NCBI GenBank assembly: GCA_043799405.1
Contig: JAZDNT010000003.1
Span: 207,461 to 271,460, forward strand
Direction of reading: 5' to 3'
Source of the DNA: Candidatus Kerfeldbacteria bacterium
GTDB lineage: Bacteria > Patescibacteriota > Patescibacteriia > SBBC01
Length of the DNA stretch: 64,000 nucleotides
In this document: positions 36,765 through 45,996 of the stretch, piece after piece
Numbering within the stretch: the first letter of the stretch is position 1
How the letters are laid out: each line of letters begins with the position of its first letter
Position numbers and translations under genes: made by a program
The notes under the pieces: model-generated
Database searches by the model: none
Seen by the model: only the letters and a program-made list of their open reading frames with translations
Told to the model about the DNA's origin: nothing

Positions 36765-38168
36765 TTACGACGTGCTGTGCGGCGTCTGCCGTATCGTTGT
36801 CTGCTGAGGTTCGCTCCCGTTGACGACCGCGCCGTTCGTCTTTGCGAGGCGTTTCTGGATCTCCGGAACAACCTTCTTGAAGTCGACGACCTCCTGAATA
36901 CCGCTCTCCATGTCCCTAATGAGTATCGTATCGTCCATGATCTCTTTCTGGCCGATGATGAGCGCGAACTTTACGCCGAGCCTGTTCGCGATCTCTAGCT
37001 GTGCCTTTAATCCGTCCTTTGAGAATGATTCGGCGACCTTCACGTTGAGGGATTTCATGATGTCAAAAAGCTTGAGGCACTTCTTCCTCGCCGGTTCGCC
37101 GAGCTGCCCTATGAACACATCGGGCGAAACGATTTTCGGCGCATACTGCTGCTCACGCATCTTGACGATAAGGCGCTCGACGCCGCATGCGAAACCTGCA
37201 GCGGGAACCTGACGATTCCCGAGCTGCTCTATAAGATCGTCGTAGCGTCCTCCGCCGCCGAGCGTCGATTGTGCGAGAGCGTCATCGATACCCTCCTCGT
37301 TCACCTCGAAAACGGTCCTCGTGTAATAGTCCAGCCCCCTGACGATCCGCGGGTTGAGCGTGTACGGAACTTCGAGTTCACCTAAATATTCGAGGACGCG
37401 GACGAAGTGGTCACGGCAGGCATCGCAGAGGTGGTCGACCGTCTGCGGTGCATCCTGGGCAACGGTATGACAGTCCGCTTCCTTGCAATCGAGTATCCGG
37501 AGAGGATTTTTAAGAAGGCGTTTTTTACAATCCTCGCAGAGCGAATTCTTCCTCGATCTGAAGTAGTCAGTGAGCTGCTTCAGGTACAGAGGCCGGCACA
37601 CCCTGTCCCCGATACTGTTGACGTGGACGTTAACGGGTACGTTGAACTCGCGGTATATCGAAACCGCGTGGTATATGAGAAGCGCGTCGATGACGGCGTG
37701 ACCGTCGCCGATTACCTCGAAACCGAACTGCCAAAACTGCCGGTACCGTCCTGCCTGCGGACGGTCATGACGGAAAAATGGCCCGAAATAGTAGAGTTTC
37801 ACGGGCTGCGGCCAGCTCAGCATGCCGTGTTCGAGGTAGGCGCGTCCGACCGATGCCGTATTTTCCGGCCTTAACGCGACCCTATCGTTGCTCCTATCAA
37901 CGAAGGTGTACATCTCCTTATCAACGATGTCGGTATCTTGCCCGACCGAACGGTTAAAAAGGCTCGCTGCTTCGAGAATGGGCGTCTCAATACGCTGGAA
38001 GCCGGCTGCTTTAGCGACCCGTTCGACTGCGGAGGCCACAGCGTCCCAGTACGGCTGATCAGCGGGGAGAATATCCTTCATCCCACGGAGCAACTGGGGT
38101 TGCCCTTTTACCTTTTCCTGAGGTACATCAGTTACCGATGATTGGTTTGATCGCTGTGGTACGTTCAT
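36765..38168 (-). CDS. hisS: histidine--tRNA ligase
   Basis: LRGMKDILP, class II motifs (FRHDRPQAGRYRQFWQFG, GGGRYD), and an anticodon-binding C-terminus. Start set at ATG 38168, which overlaps the lepB stop (ATGA); the ORF opens at 38255. Confidence 0.9.
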   Translation of the reverse strand: MNVPQRSNQSSVTDVPQEKVKGQPQLLRGMKDILPADQPYWDAVASAVERVAKAAGFQRIETPILEAASLFNRSVGQDTDIVDKEMYTFVDRSNDRVALRPENTASVGRAYLEHGMLSWPQPVKLYYFGPFFRHDRPQAGRYRQFWQFGFEVIGDGHAVIDALLIYHAVSIYREFNVPVNVHVNSIGDRVCRPLYLKQLTDYFRSRKNSLCEDCKKRLLKNPLRILDCKEADCHTVAQDAPQTVDHLCDACRDHFVRVLEYLGELEVPYTLNPRIVRGLDYYTRTVFEVNEEGIDDALAQSTLGGGGRYDDLIEQLGNRQVPAAGFACGVERLIVKMREQQYAPKIVSPDVFIGQLGEPARKKCLKLFDIMKSLNVKVAESFSKDGLKAQLEIANRLGVKFALIIGQKEIMDDTILIRDMESGIQEVVDFKKVVPEIQKRLAKTNGAVVNGSEPQQTTIRQTPHSTS

Positions 38169-38851
38169 AGGCCGTAGTCGGGTGCTGCGTTCACTATCGG
38201 GTACTCCGGTGCCCTGAATACTGCCATCCGGTTCACCGGCCATGCGCGGATCCATGTTCTGCCGACAATCTCTTTCCTCGTTATCGGGCCGAAGTACCGC
38301 GAGTCGAGGCTTGATTCCCGATTGTCGCCCAAAACAAAGTATTCGTTCGGCCCGAGCGTTACATCCTCTTCGCCGCTGGTTCGTACCGTTGATGCAAGGT
38401 ACGCCGATTCATCCAACGCCTTCCCGGACGGATGCTCAGTGCTGTAAATAGACACCGTGCTGTTCGTAATCACTACGCGCTCTCCCGGCAATCCGATGAC
38501 CCGCTTGATGAAAAAATCCGACTCGTGTCGCGGATTCCGAAGAACGACGACATCACCGCGATGAGGTTCACCGAAACGATATGAGATCTCATCGACAACG
38601 AGGTATTCGTTATCGAAGAAGTTCGGTTCCATTGACGCCCCCTTAACGTAGAACGGCTGGATCAGGAAGTACCGAATCGGAATGATAATCGCGAGGGATA
38701 TAATGACGACCTTCGCGACCTCGACGATGAACGAGACTACCGATTCAGAAAAGCTCGGGACGATCTGCTGCCGCCCCATTGTGGTGCGTTGGCGCGTTTG
38801 ACTGATGAGCGGCTTCTGTTTACCGGTGCCTTTCTCTTCGGTCTTTTTCAT
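38165..38851 (-). CDS. lepB: signal peptidase I
   Basis: GASMEPNF, RGDVVV, IKRVIGLPGE and GDNRESSLDSRYFGPI. Confidence 0.9.
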   Translation of the reverse strand: MKKTEEKGTGKQKPLISQTRQRTTMGRQQIVPSFSESVVSFIVEVAKVVIISLAIIIPIRYFLIQPFYVKGASMEPNFFDNEYLVVDEISYRFGEPHRGDVVVLRNPRHESDFFIKRVIGLPGERVVITNSTVSIYSTEHPSGKALDESAYLASTVRTSGEEDVTLGPNEYFVLGDNRESSLDSRYFGPITRKEIVGRTWIRAWPVNRMAVFRAPEYPIVNAAPDYGL

Positions 38852-38889
38852 GCTCGTAACTTTATTGAAAGGATTATTCGTTTCAGATA

Positions 38890-39012
38890 AGGCGTATCTC
38901 AGCGCAACGTTAGTGCTGCTTCTTTCGTATCGCGACCTGGTGGCCGCTGTCCCGCCATTCGGCGGGACGACCTCTGCACTGTGAATGCAGCGCTCCCCGG
39001 CCCGCTTCGCCT
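38890..39012 (-). ncRNA. ffs: candidate SRP RNA (4.5S/scRNA, domain IV recognisable)
   Basis: Minus strand reads ACCAGGUC (38941-38934), GCGAUAC, a GAAA tetraloop (38926-38923), then GAAGCAGCACUAA (from 38922 downward). This compares with E. coli ACCAGGUCAGGUCC-GGAA-GGAAGCAGCC. CAGCG and CGCUG close the helix. Two further hairpins lie 5' of it. The ends are approximate. Confidence 0.55.
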
Positions 39013-39037
39013 GCTGTCCTCATTTTTTCGTCTTTCC

Positions 39038-39114
39038 TGGTGGGGACGAGAGGGGTCGAACCTCTGACCTCGCCGATGTGAACGGCGCGCTCTAACCAAC
39101 TGAGCTACGCCCCC
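39038..39114 (-). tRNA. tRNA-Val (anticodon CAC), CCA encoded
   Basis: GGGGGCGTAGCTCAGTTGGTTAGAGCGCGCCGTTCACATCGGCGAGGTCAGAGGTTCGACCCCTCTCGTCCCCACCA folds as a cloverleaf with anticodon loop TTCACAT. Confidence 0.9.
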
Positions 39115-39423
39115 TAAGTTTGATTATTATGTTAGGTACAATGGGGGCGAAGCAGGCGGGGCGGGCTAACCAGCTGCCTGCCCCGTACCACACCGAGTGC
39201 AACGATGTGTTGGTGCGGGGAGCTAAGCGGCCTCGGCTTACGTACGTTACCGATAACGGAATTCAAGCCGTTGCACCAAAGCAGGTAAAAAATCAATAAA
39301 TGGCTAACGTGAGCGCAAAGTAGGACAATTGTACCACATTTTATACCCCTACGCAAGGGTAGAATCGGCGTATTGTTACGATATACATAATGAAGATGGT
39401 TCGTACTTAAGAGGCTAGAAGAT

Positions 39424-39452
39424 TTGACGTGATATTCTTCGTGCTCTATACT
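39424..39452 (+). promoter_or_regulatory. sigma70-type promoter of the LCP-pth-(mfd) unit
   Basis: TTGACG (39424-39429), a 17-nt spacer, then TATACT (39447-39452), about 27 nt upstream of ATG 39479. Confidence 0.5.
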
Positions 39453-39478
39453 TTTCAACACGACGGCACGCACACTCC

Positions 39479-41107
39479 ATGCCGATTCAGCGTTTGCAGA
39501 ACAACCAACAACGAGAAGAGCTAAAGCCCTCCGCTGAAAAGCGTCCGAGGACGAGGTCCTTGTATTGGTGGAAAATCGCGGGATCCCTCGTCGGCATCGT
39601 TATCGTGTTCATTGTCCTCGTCGGTTACCGGATCCTCGCCGCGATCAATACGACGGTCGAAGGGAACAAGAGGGTATCAGTACTGACCCAGCTCGGGCAC
39701 ATCGTTTCAAACCGCGACGCCCAGTTGAAGGGAGAGGCTGACGATAGGATTAATATCCTGCTCCTCGGTATCGGTGGCGAAGGACACGACGGTCCGCTGC
39801 TTACCGATACGATCATGCTCGCGAGCGTAAAGCCCTCGACCAATCAGGTCGCGCTCTTATCGATACCCCGCGACCTCGCCGTTGAGATCCCCCAGTACGG
39901 CAACCGTAAGATAAACAATGCGAATGCGTTCGGAAAGGAGCTCGGCTACCCCGGCGGCGGTGAACAGCTCGCGTCTGATGTCGTCGCGAAAACGGTCGGC
40001 CAGACCGTCCACTACTATGCACGCATCGATTTCGCAGGTTTCAAAGATATTATTGACAGTCTCGGCGGTATTTCAGTAACCGTCGAGAACAGCTTCACTG
40101 ATTCAGAGTACCCTACGGCGAACTACGGATACCAGACCATCCGTTTCGTTGCTGGCGAGCAATATATGAACGGCGAGACCGCCCTCAAGTTCGTGCGTTC
40201 CCGTCATGGCAACAACGGCGAAGGCTCTGATTTCGCTCGAAGCCGGAGGCAGCAGCTCGTTCTCGAGGCAGTACGCGACAAAACCCTCTCGCTCGGTACC
40301 ATCATGAATCCGATCAAGATCGGTAATGTCTTGAGCTCGCTCGGTACCCATACGCGAACGAACCTCGAGGTATGGGAGATCTTGCGGCTCGGCAAAATGG
40401 TGAGCGATACTACAAAGGATTCTATCATCTCAAAAGTTCTCGACAGTGCGCCGACGGGTTTGCTCAAGAACGCAACAGGAATCGACGGTGCGTTCCTTTT
40501 GCTCCCAAAAGATGACGATTTCCGGGCTGTACGAGCGTATGCGAGGGATATCTTTATCGCACAACGCTTCACAACAGAAGCAGCGCGGATCGTCATCCGG
40601 GACGAATCAGGACATTCAGGTACTGCAAAGATGGTCGCTGCATCGCTCGAATCGCTTGGCTTCCCCGCTCCGACGACCGACCAGACCGGAAAACCGAACA
40701 CGGATTCCGTTACCGCAATCATCGACTATACAAACGGCGCAAAGCCAAGTTCGCTGAAGAGTCTCGAGAGCTACCTAGGTGTATCTGCGGTCCCCTCTCT
40801 AGCACTCAGTGCGATCTCTCCGAGGCCGACCTACGAGGTTCCGAAGAATGTGAATAACGGCACGCCGGCCATTACCCAACCAGCGGACCTTCTCATCATC
40901 ATTGGTAAAGATTTCGTGAAAGCCTCGACGTCAACCACCTACAACAATGGCACTTCTACAAAAAAGACGAACGCCAATGCCAATACAAACAGTACGAATA
41001 AAAATACGAATTCCAATAGTAATAAGAACGTAAACGTGAACAAGAATAGCAATGCGAACAAGAACATAAACGTGAATACCAATTCTGCTTTGAACACCAA
41101 TTCATGA
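39479..41107 (+). CDS. LytR-CpsA-Psr (LCP) family cell-envelope phosphotransferase with C-terminal Asn-rich tail
   Basis: RINILLLGIGGEGHDGPLLTDTIMLASV...LLSIPRDL...VRSRH, after an N-terminal TM helix. The tail reads KKTNANANTNSTNKNTNSNSNKNVNVNKNSNANKNINVNTN. Confidence 0.85.
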   Translation: MPIQRLQNNQQREELKPSAEKRPRTRSLYWWKIAGSLVGIVIVFIVLVGYRILAAINTTVEGNKRVSVLTQLGHIVSNRDAQLKGEADDRINILLLGIGGEGHDGPLLTDTIMLASVKPSTNQVALLSIPRDLAVEIPQYGNRKINNANAFGKELGYPGGGEQLASDVVAKTVGQTVHYYARIDFAGFKDIIDSLGGISVTVENSFTDSEYPTANYGYQTIRFVAGEQYMNGETALKFVRSRHGNNGEGSDFARSRRQQLVLEAVRDKTLSLGTIMNPIKIGNVLSSLGTHTRTNLEVWEILRLGKMVSDTTKDSIISKVLDSAPTGLLKNATGIDGAFLLLPKDDDFRAVRAYARDIFIAQRFTTEAARIVIRDESGHSGTAKMVAASLESLGFPAPTTDQTGKPNTDSVTAIIDYTNGAKPSSLKSLESYLGVSAVPSLALSAISPRPTYEVPKNVNNGTPAITQPADLLIIIGKDFVKASTSTTYNNGTSTKKTNANANTNSTNKNTNSNSNKNVNVNKNSNANKNINVNTNSALNTNS

Positions 41108-41658
41108 AAACAGCGTTACTTTTTGTTGGCCTCGGTAATCCGGGAGAACAGTACGAACGTACCCGCCATAACATCGGGTATCGGGTCGTTGACTCGTACG
41201 TAGCAAAAAGTGATTCACCGCTGAAATCAAAGAGAGGATCATTGTTCACCGAACTCACCCGCGGGAAGGGACGCATATACGTACTGAAACCGAACGCCTT
41301 CATGAACGCGAGCGGCGATGCGGTCAGTTCGTTCATGCGGTACTACAACATCCCCCCTGAACGATTATGGGTAATTCACGATGACGTCGATCTCCCCTTC
41401 GGTTCGCTCCGTGCCTCGTTCGATCGCGGTGACGCGGGTCATCAGGGCGTTGCCTCGATCATCGAACGGCTAGGTTCCAAAGCGTTCAACAGGCTCCGCA
41501 TCGGAATCGGTTCGAACAAACCGCTCGGCATTCTGTCGGAAGAGTACGTTCTGCAACAGTTCACCGAAAAGGAAGAGATGGAACTTTCGAAAAAAGTGCT
41601 TCCTGCTGCGTTGGAGAAGCTTGCAACGATTGAAACAGAACTCTTGAAATCCGAGTAA
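41104..41658 (+). CDS. pth: peptidyl-tRNA hydrolase
   Basis: LFVGLGNPGEQYERTRHNIGY...KPNAFMNASG...HDDVDLPFG. Confidence 0.9.
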   Translation: MKTALLFVGLGNPGEQYERTRHNIGYRVVDSYVAKSDSPLKSKRGSLFTELTRGKGRIYVLKPNAFMNASGDAVSSFMRYYNIPPERLWVIHDDVDLPFGSLRASFDRGDAGHQGVASIIERLGSKAFNRLRIGIGSNKPLGILSEEYVLQQFTEKEEMELSKKVLPAALEKLATIETELLKSE

Positions 41659-42239
41659 AAACGATATAGGCACAATGAAATGCGTTACTGAATCCGTACC
41701 AGACAAACGAGCTTTGCCAGTACCAAAAAATAGGATGAGCGAGAATTAACCGGCGGAATTATACACTGATTCAGACGAGCTAAGGCTATCACCATCAGAC
41801 GACCAAGTCTCATGCTCATCCAATGTACCTGTACAAAAATCAGTCGCGAGACGTTGCGAGCACCGAATTCACTTCGTGCGAGCAACGACGAGCGACACCG
41901 TAGAGGGAAGGAGTGGATTCGGACGAGGAAACCGTAGGTTGCCTCGCCGAGTCTCTCTAAATACCCACAGTGCTACTTACAAGCGTAAGATCCCTACCGA
42001 AATCGATAGAAACCTTAACTCATGGCTACTTGGGACGCGTAGGAGGGGTTGCACCCCTTTCGCCGCTTGCAAGTAGGACCGTAGGTACTCACGAAAAAAC
42101 GATGTAATGAACGTTTTTAGGGCAAGAAAACAGCCTAGCAAAACGATTCATGCCTGTCAAGGCGGGCTACCCTTCCGAGATACAGCTGCACTGTAATAGC
42201 GCCCTCAGGACATCAGACTCGACCGTTTGACCAGAAATA

Positions 42240-45200
42240 ATGAGCGCCCAGCAACCGAACAACGCGAACTCCCTGTTCACGAACCATCGGCGACTTCCGA
42301 AGGTACTTTCCGAGGATATCCCCGGCATCCTTCGAATATCCGGCATCGGACCGCTCTCTGCGAAAACGCTTCTTATCGGACGCCTTGCGAACAACGATCG
42401 CCTCAGGACGAAAATCTGGCTCGTAAGGGACGAATCCGAGGCTGCAGTCGTGCATGCGCAGCTCTCCTTCTGGAACGCGTTCGATTCGCCGCCGATTCTG
42501 CTCAACGAAAAAGAGCTTCCCCGGATCCTACAAAAGATCATGGTGGAAAAACGAGTCTTTCTCGTTTCGAGCGTTACAGCGTTCGAGCGTTCTGTATTGC
42601 CGAAACCGGCGTACCGCGACCTGACGATCGTGCTTAACGCCGGAGAGGTACGGAAACCCTCCGAACTCTCGCAGGAACTCGTTCGGAGCGGGTATGTCTT
42701 TGAATCAGCAGTTGGAAGCGAGGGTTCTTTCGCGCGACACGGCGGTATTCTTGACGTCTTCCCTATCGGCCTTGCTCGCCCGATCCGCTGCGAGTTCGAC
42801 GGGAACGTACTCACGAGCATCCGATCGCTCGATGGAAAGAGGAAATCGCGAGAGCTAACCGATTGCACGATCGCGCCGATGCGTCTTACGACCTCATCAG
42901 GAGCGACGCTATTCTCATACCTCAATCAGGAAGAAACGCTCTTCATCCTCTCTGACCCGGACCAGCTCGGCACTATTGCTCCGCGGTGGATCGAGTGGGC
43001 GCAGGTCCTCCAACCGTATCGAGCATTTATCTTCGAAACGTTCAGTGATGATGAGACCGTCCAGATCGATTTCCATCAGGCACCGTTCTACCATCGCGAC
43101 TACGATGCCTTCATCAAGGACATCGAACACTACCACGCACAGGGATGGGACATTGCACTTGCGACCGAGCAGCCAAACGAGGTACGCGAACTGTTCGCCC
43201 ACTTTAAAACCGATCCTCCCCCGGTAGTCACGATCGATGATCCTGAAGCAGTGCTGACAGGATTCAGCGCTCTTAAGGAAAAAATTCTCTTCCTTACTGA
43301 TCAAGAAGTGTTCGGACGCAAGGAGACCCAGGGGAAAATCTCCGGTAAGCACAAAATCGACCTTGCGTTCCTCGCTGAATTAAAGTCTGGCGATACCGTG
43401 ACCCACCTCGACCACGGCATCGGACGGTTCCTCGGCATGACGCGTCAGCGGGTAGACGGACACGAACGGGAATACTTTACGCTCGAGTATGCCGGCGGTG
43501 ACCGCCTCTTCGTTCCTGTTGAGGCCGCGGATAAGATCTCGAAGTACATCGGGATCGCAAACCCTAAACTACACCGACTCTCCGGATCGAACTGGTATCA
43601 GCTGACCAGGAAGATCAAAGAAGAAACTCTCGCCCTTGCTCAGGAACTCCTTAAGCTCTACGCGAAACGCGCCACATCGCACGCAACGCCCTTCACAGGT
43701 ACGACCGAGGAAGAACGTCACCTGGAGCAATCGTTCGCCTACGAAGAAACAGAAGACCAGCATACGGCGATCGAGGATGTCTTCCGTGATATGGCGAAAG
43801 AGGTTCCGATGGACAGGCTCGTCTGCGGTGACGTCGGGTTCGGAAAAACGGAGGTCGCTATTCGGGCCGCGGTCCGCGCGGCAGTCCGAGGAAAACAGGT
43901 CGCCGTTCTCTCGCCAACGACCATCCTTACGCAGCAGCACTTCGACACGTTCGTTAATCGCATGAACAATCTTCCGATCAAAACGGAGCTCCTGAGCCGG
44001 TTCAAGAGCGACCGTGAACAGCAGCGTACCGTTGCAAGGCTCACTGCAGGAGATGTCGATGTCGTCATCGGTACCCACCGCCTCCTCTCAAAGGACATTG
44101 CGTTCAAAGACCTCGGCCTCATCATCATCGACGAGGAACAGCGGTTCGGCGTAAAGGACAAGGAACGGCTCAAAGAGCTCAGGCAGCAGGCACACGTCCT
44201 GACGCTCACGGCAACGCCGATACCACGAACGCTCAACTTCGCGCTTTCCGGCATCAGGGACGTGAGCGTCATCGAAACGCCGCCCGAGGGACGGCTCCCG
44301 ATCGAGACCGTCATCCAATCATACTCTGACGAGGTCGTAGCATCATCGATCCGTAAGGAGATCAACCGCGATGGTCAGGTGTACTTTGTCTACAACAACG
44401 TCGAAACGATCGAGCTCGCAATGAAAAAACTACAGCGGCTCGTACCCGAAGCCACCTACGCGTTTGCGCATGGGCAGATGGATGAGAAAGATCTATCTGC
44501 CGTCATGGCTAATTTCGACACGGGCAAGATCCAGGTCCTCGTCTGCTCGACCATCATTGAGAACGGCCTCGACCTCCCGAACGTCAATACGCTCATCGTC
44601 GATAACGCTGGACGGTTCGGCCTCGCGCAGCTCTACCAGCTCCGCGGACGCATTGGGCGCGGCAAGCGCCAGGCGTACGCCTACTTCCTCTACCACTCGA
44701 CGAAACTGACCAGCGGACCGAAACGCCGACTCCAGGCGCTCAACGAGGCGCGCGAGCTCGGATCGGGCTTCCAGCTAGCACTCAGAGACCTCGAGATCCG
44801 GGGCACCGGTAACATCCTCGGCAAAGAACAGCACGGTCAGGTCGCCGCGATCGGCCTTAATCTTTACACGCGCCTCCTCTCACAGGCGATCGAAGAGCTC
44901 AAGACGGGCATCAAACAGGAAGAGCTCCGCGACATCATCATCGACCTCCCGATCGATATCGGGATCCCGAAGTCGCTCGTGCCGTCGGAACCGAAACGCC
45001 TCAAGCTCTACCAGGAAATGGCGAACTTCGTTACGATCGCCGACCTCAAGGAGTTCAAGAAAAAAACGTTCGGCGAGAAAAACCTGCCGGAACAGCTCAA
45101 CAACCTGTTCGACCTCCTCGAGATCAGGCTCCTCGCACAAAAAACCTCGATAACGAGCATCGCCGTTAGCCGGACGAGTATCGAGGGTATCGCTCCTGAA

Positions 45201-45401
45201 AAGCTAACGATCGAATTCGGCGATATTCTGACGCCGAAGATGCTCGAAAAGGTCATAACGAAAAACCCTAAGTGGGACTTTACGACAAAACTCATAAAGA
45301 TAGATTTTTCCGAACTCGGGTCACAGTGGTTGCACGAGCTGAAGAGCTATGTTAAATTGGTACAACGAGAACCACAGCGCGTAGCTGATGAAAAAGTCTA
45401 G
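42240..45401 (+). CDS. mfd: transcription-repair coupling factor
   Basis: 1,053 aa. CarD-like RID region (GDTVTHLDHGIGRF), helicase motifs (GDVGFGKTEVA, IIDEEQRFG, QLRGRIGRG), and a TRG-like region. Confidence 0.9.
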   Translation: MSAQQPNNANSLFTNHRRLPKVLSEDIPGILRISGIGPLSAKTLLIGRLANNDRLRTKIWLVRDESEAAVVHAQLSFWNAFDSPPILLNEKELPRILQKIMVEKRVFLVSSVTAFERSVLPKPAYRDLTIVLNAGEVRKPSELSQELVRSGYVFESAVGSEGSFARHGGILDVFPIGLARPIRCEFDGNVLTSIRSLDGKRKSRELTDCTIAPMRLTTSSGATLFSYLNQEETLFILSDPDQLGTIAPRWIEWAQVLQPYRAFIFETFSDDETVQIDFHQAPFYHRDYDAFIKDIEHYHAQGWDIALATEQPNEVRELFAHFKTDPPPVVTIDDPEAVLTGFSALKEKILFLTDQEVFGRKETQGKISGKHKIDLAFLAELKSGDTVTHLDHGIGRFLGMTRQRVDGHEREYFTLEYAGGDRLFVPVEAADKISKYIGIANPKLHRLSGSNWYQLTRKIKEETLALAQELLKLYAKRATSHATPFTGTTEEERHLEQSFAYEETEDQHTAIEDVFRDMAKEVPMDRLVCGDVGFGKTEVAIRAAVRAAVRGKQVAVLSPTTILTQQHFDTFVNRMNNLPIKTELLSRFKSDREQQRTVARLTAGDVDVVIGTHRLLSKDIAFKDLGLIIIDEEQRFGVKDKERLKELRQQAHVLTLTATPIPRTLNFALSGIRDVSVIETPPEGRLPIETVIQSYSDEVVASSIRKEINRDGQVYFVYNNVETIELAMKKLQRLVPEATYAFAHGQMDEKDLSAVMANFDTGKIQVLVCSTIIENGLDLPNVNTLIVDNAGRFGLAQLYQLRGRIGRGKRQAYAYFLYHSTKLTSGPKRRLQALNEARELGSGFQLALRDLEIRGTGNILGKEQHGQVAAIGLNLYTRLLSQAIEELKTGIKQEELRDIIIDLPIDIGIPKSLVPSEPKRLKLYQEMANFVTIADLKEFKKKTFGEKNLPEQLNNLFDLLEIRLLAQKTSITSIAVSRTSIEGIAPEKLTIEFGDILTPKMLEKVITKNPKWDFTTKLIKIDFSELGSQWLHELKSYVKLVQREPQRVADEKV

Positions 45402-45443
45402 AACGTAAAGGAGTAAACTGGCGGTTCGATATATAAATAGCTA

Positions 45444-45468
45444 GGGTGGCGCAGAACGCTGCCCTTTT
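45444..45468 (+). terminator. imperfect hairpin plus T-run after mfd
   Basis: GGGTGGCG (45444-45451) pairs imperfectly with CGCTGCCC (45457-45464), followed by TTTT. Confidence 0.45.
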
Positions 45469-45487
45469 CAGGAATCCTATATAGCAA

Positions 45488-45517
45488 GAACCGACCACCT
45501 TACTGCGTGGTCGGTTC
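45488..45517. terminator. perfect 11-bp hairpin overlapping the 3' end of the 45500..45904 ORF
   Basis: GAACCGACCAC (45488-45498) pairs with GTGGTCGGTTC (45507-45517). Confidence 0.45.
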
Positions 45518-45904
45518 ATGAACATCAAGCGACGGTGCGGGCTCCCAGCTCTGCAGGAGCCTGATGAGGGTTTTGGGAGAAATTCCCGTGACCCCCATGG
45601 GATCGTACCCGAGCCGCTCGAGCAGGTTCACGAGCAAAATCGGGAGTAGTCCGTACTGCGTCTCAACCCCCCTCCCCTGGATGAGGGTGAGCCAGAGGTG
45701 GAACACCATGCCCTCACTCAGATCGGTGAAGGCGGCCCGAGGAACGACGAAACCGTTCGCCTCGAGGAATCCGTGAAGATCCCTTTCGAGCTCCTCGCGG
45801 GGCACCCAACGCCGCCGCGGCTCGAGAACAACAGGCGTACCGTCATCATCGATGATCCTCGGATCATACCGAGAATCGCGTAACATCGAACGATCGAGAT
45901 TCAT
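45500..45904 (-). CDS. hypothetical protein (134 aa), lone minus-strand gene between mfd and dprA
   Basis: ATG 45904 preceded by GGGAGGGTGATC (strong SD). The ORF track's longer version (to 45982) would overlap the dprA promoter/start. No family recognised. Confidence 0.5.
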   Translation of the reverse strand: MNLDRSMLRDSRYDPRIIDDDGTPVVLEPRRRWVPREELERDLHGFLEANGFVVPRAAFTDLSEGMVFHLWLTLIQGRGVETQYGLLPILLVNLLERLGYDPMGVTGISPKTLIRLLQSWEPAPSLDVHEPTTQ

Positions 45905-45996
45905 GATCACCCTCCCTGGACAATCGAGTGCATGATCAACAACAGAACGCCAAACAATACACGATATCTCATACATTGTCAAGGTTCTACACTTCT

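Noticed and set aside
39141-39290. tmRNA or second SRP RNA starting GGGGGCGAAGCAGGC and containing ...CCGTTGCACCA
   Set aside because: The AACGG/CCGTT stem has an 8-nt loop. The following bases cannot pair with the GGGGGCG 5' end. There is no UCGAC motif, and the ACCAGGUC strand needed for an SRP helix 8 is absent.
38899-39473. Track ORFs 38899..39099 (66 aa) and 39132..39473 (113 aa)
   Set aside because: The first runs across tRNA-Val and the SRP-RNA-like region. The second spans a promoter/structured spacer and has implausible composition with no start context.
41890-42239. tmRNA (GGGAAGGAGTGGATTCGGACGAGG resembles the GGGG..GGATTCGAC 5' motif) or RNase P RNA (GAGGAAACCG vs GAGGAAAGUCC)
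   Set aside because: No tRNA-like T-arm or acceptor/CCA 3' end complementary to the 5' end could be found. No plausible ...AA-ending tag ORF is present. No ACAGAA..GGCTTA P4 3' strand or other RNase P conserved regions occur on either strand. The region is kept only as an unexplained structured gap.
42167-42925. 252-aa minus-strand ORF overlapping the 5' end of mfd
   Set aside because: It is antisense to the well-supported Mfd N-terminus and has Ser/Arg-rich composition with no start context.
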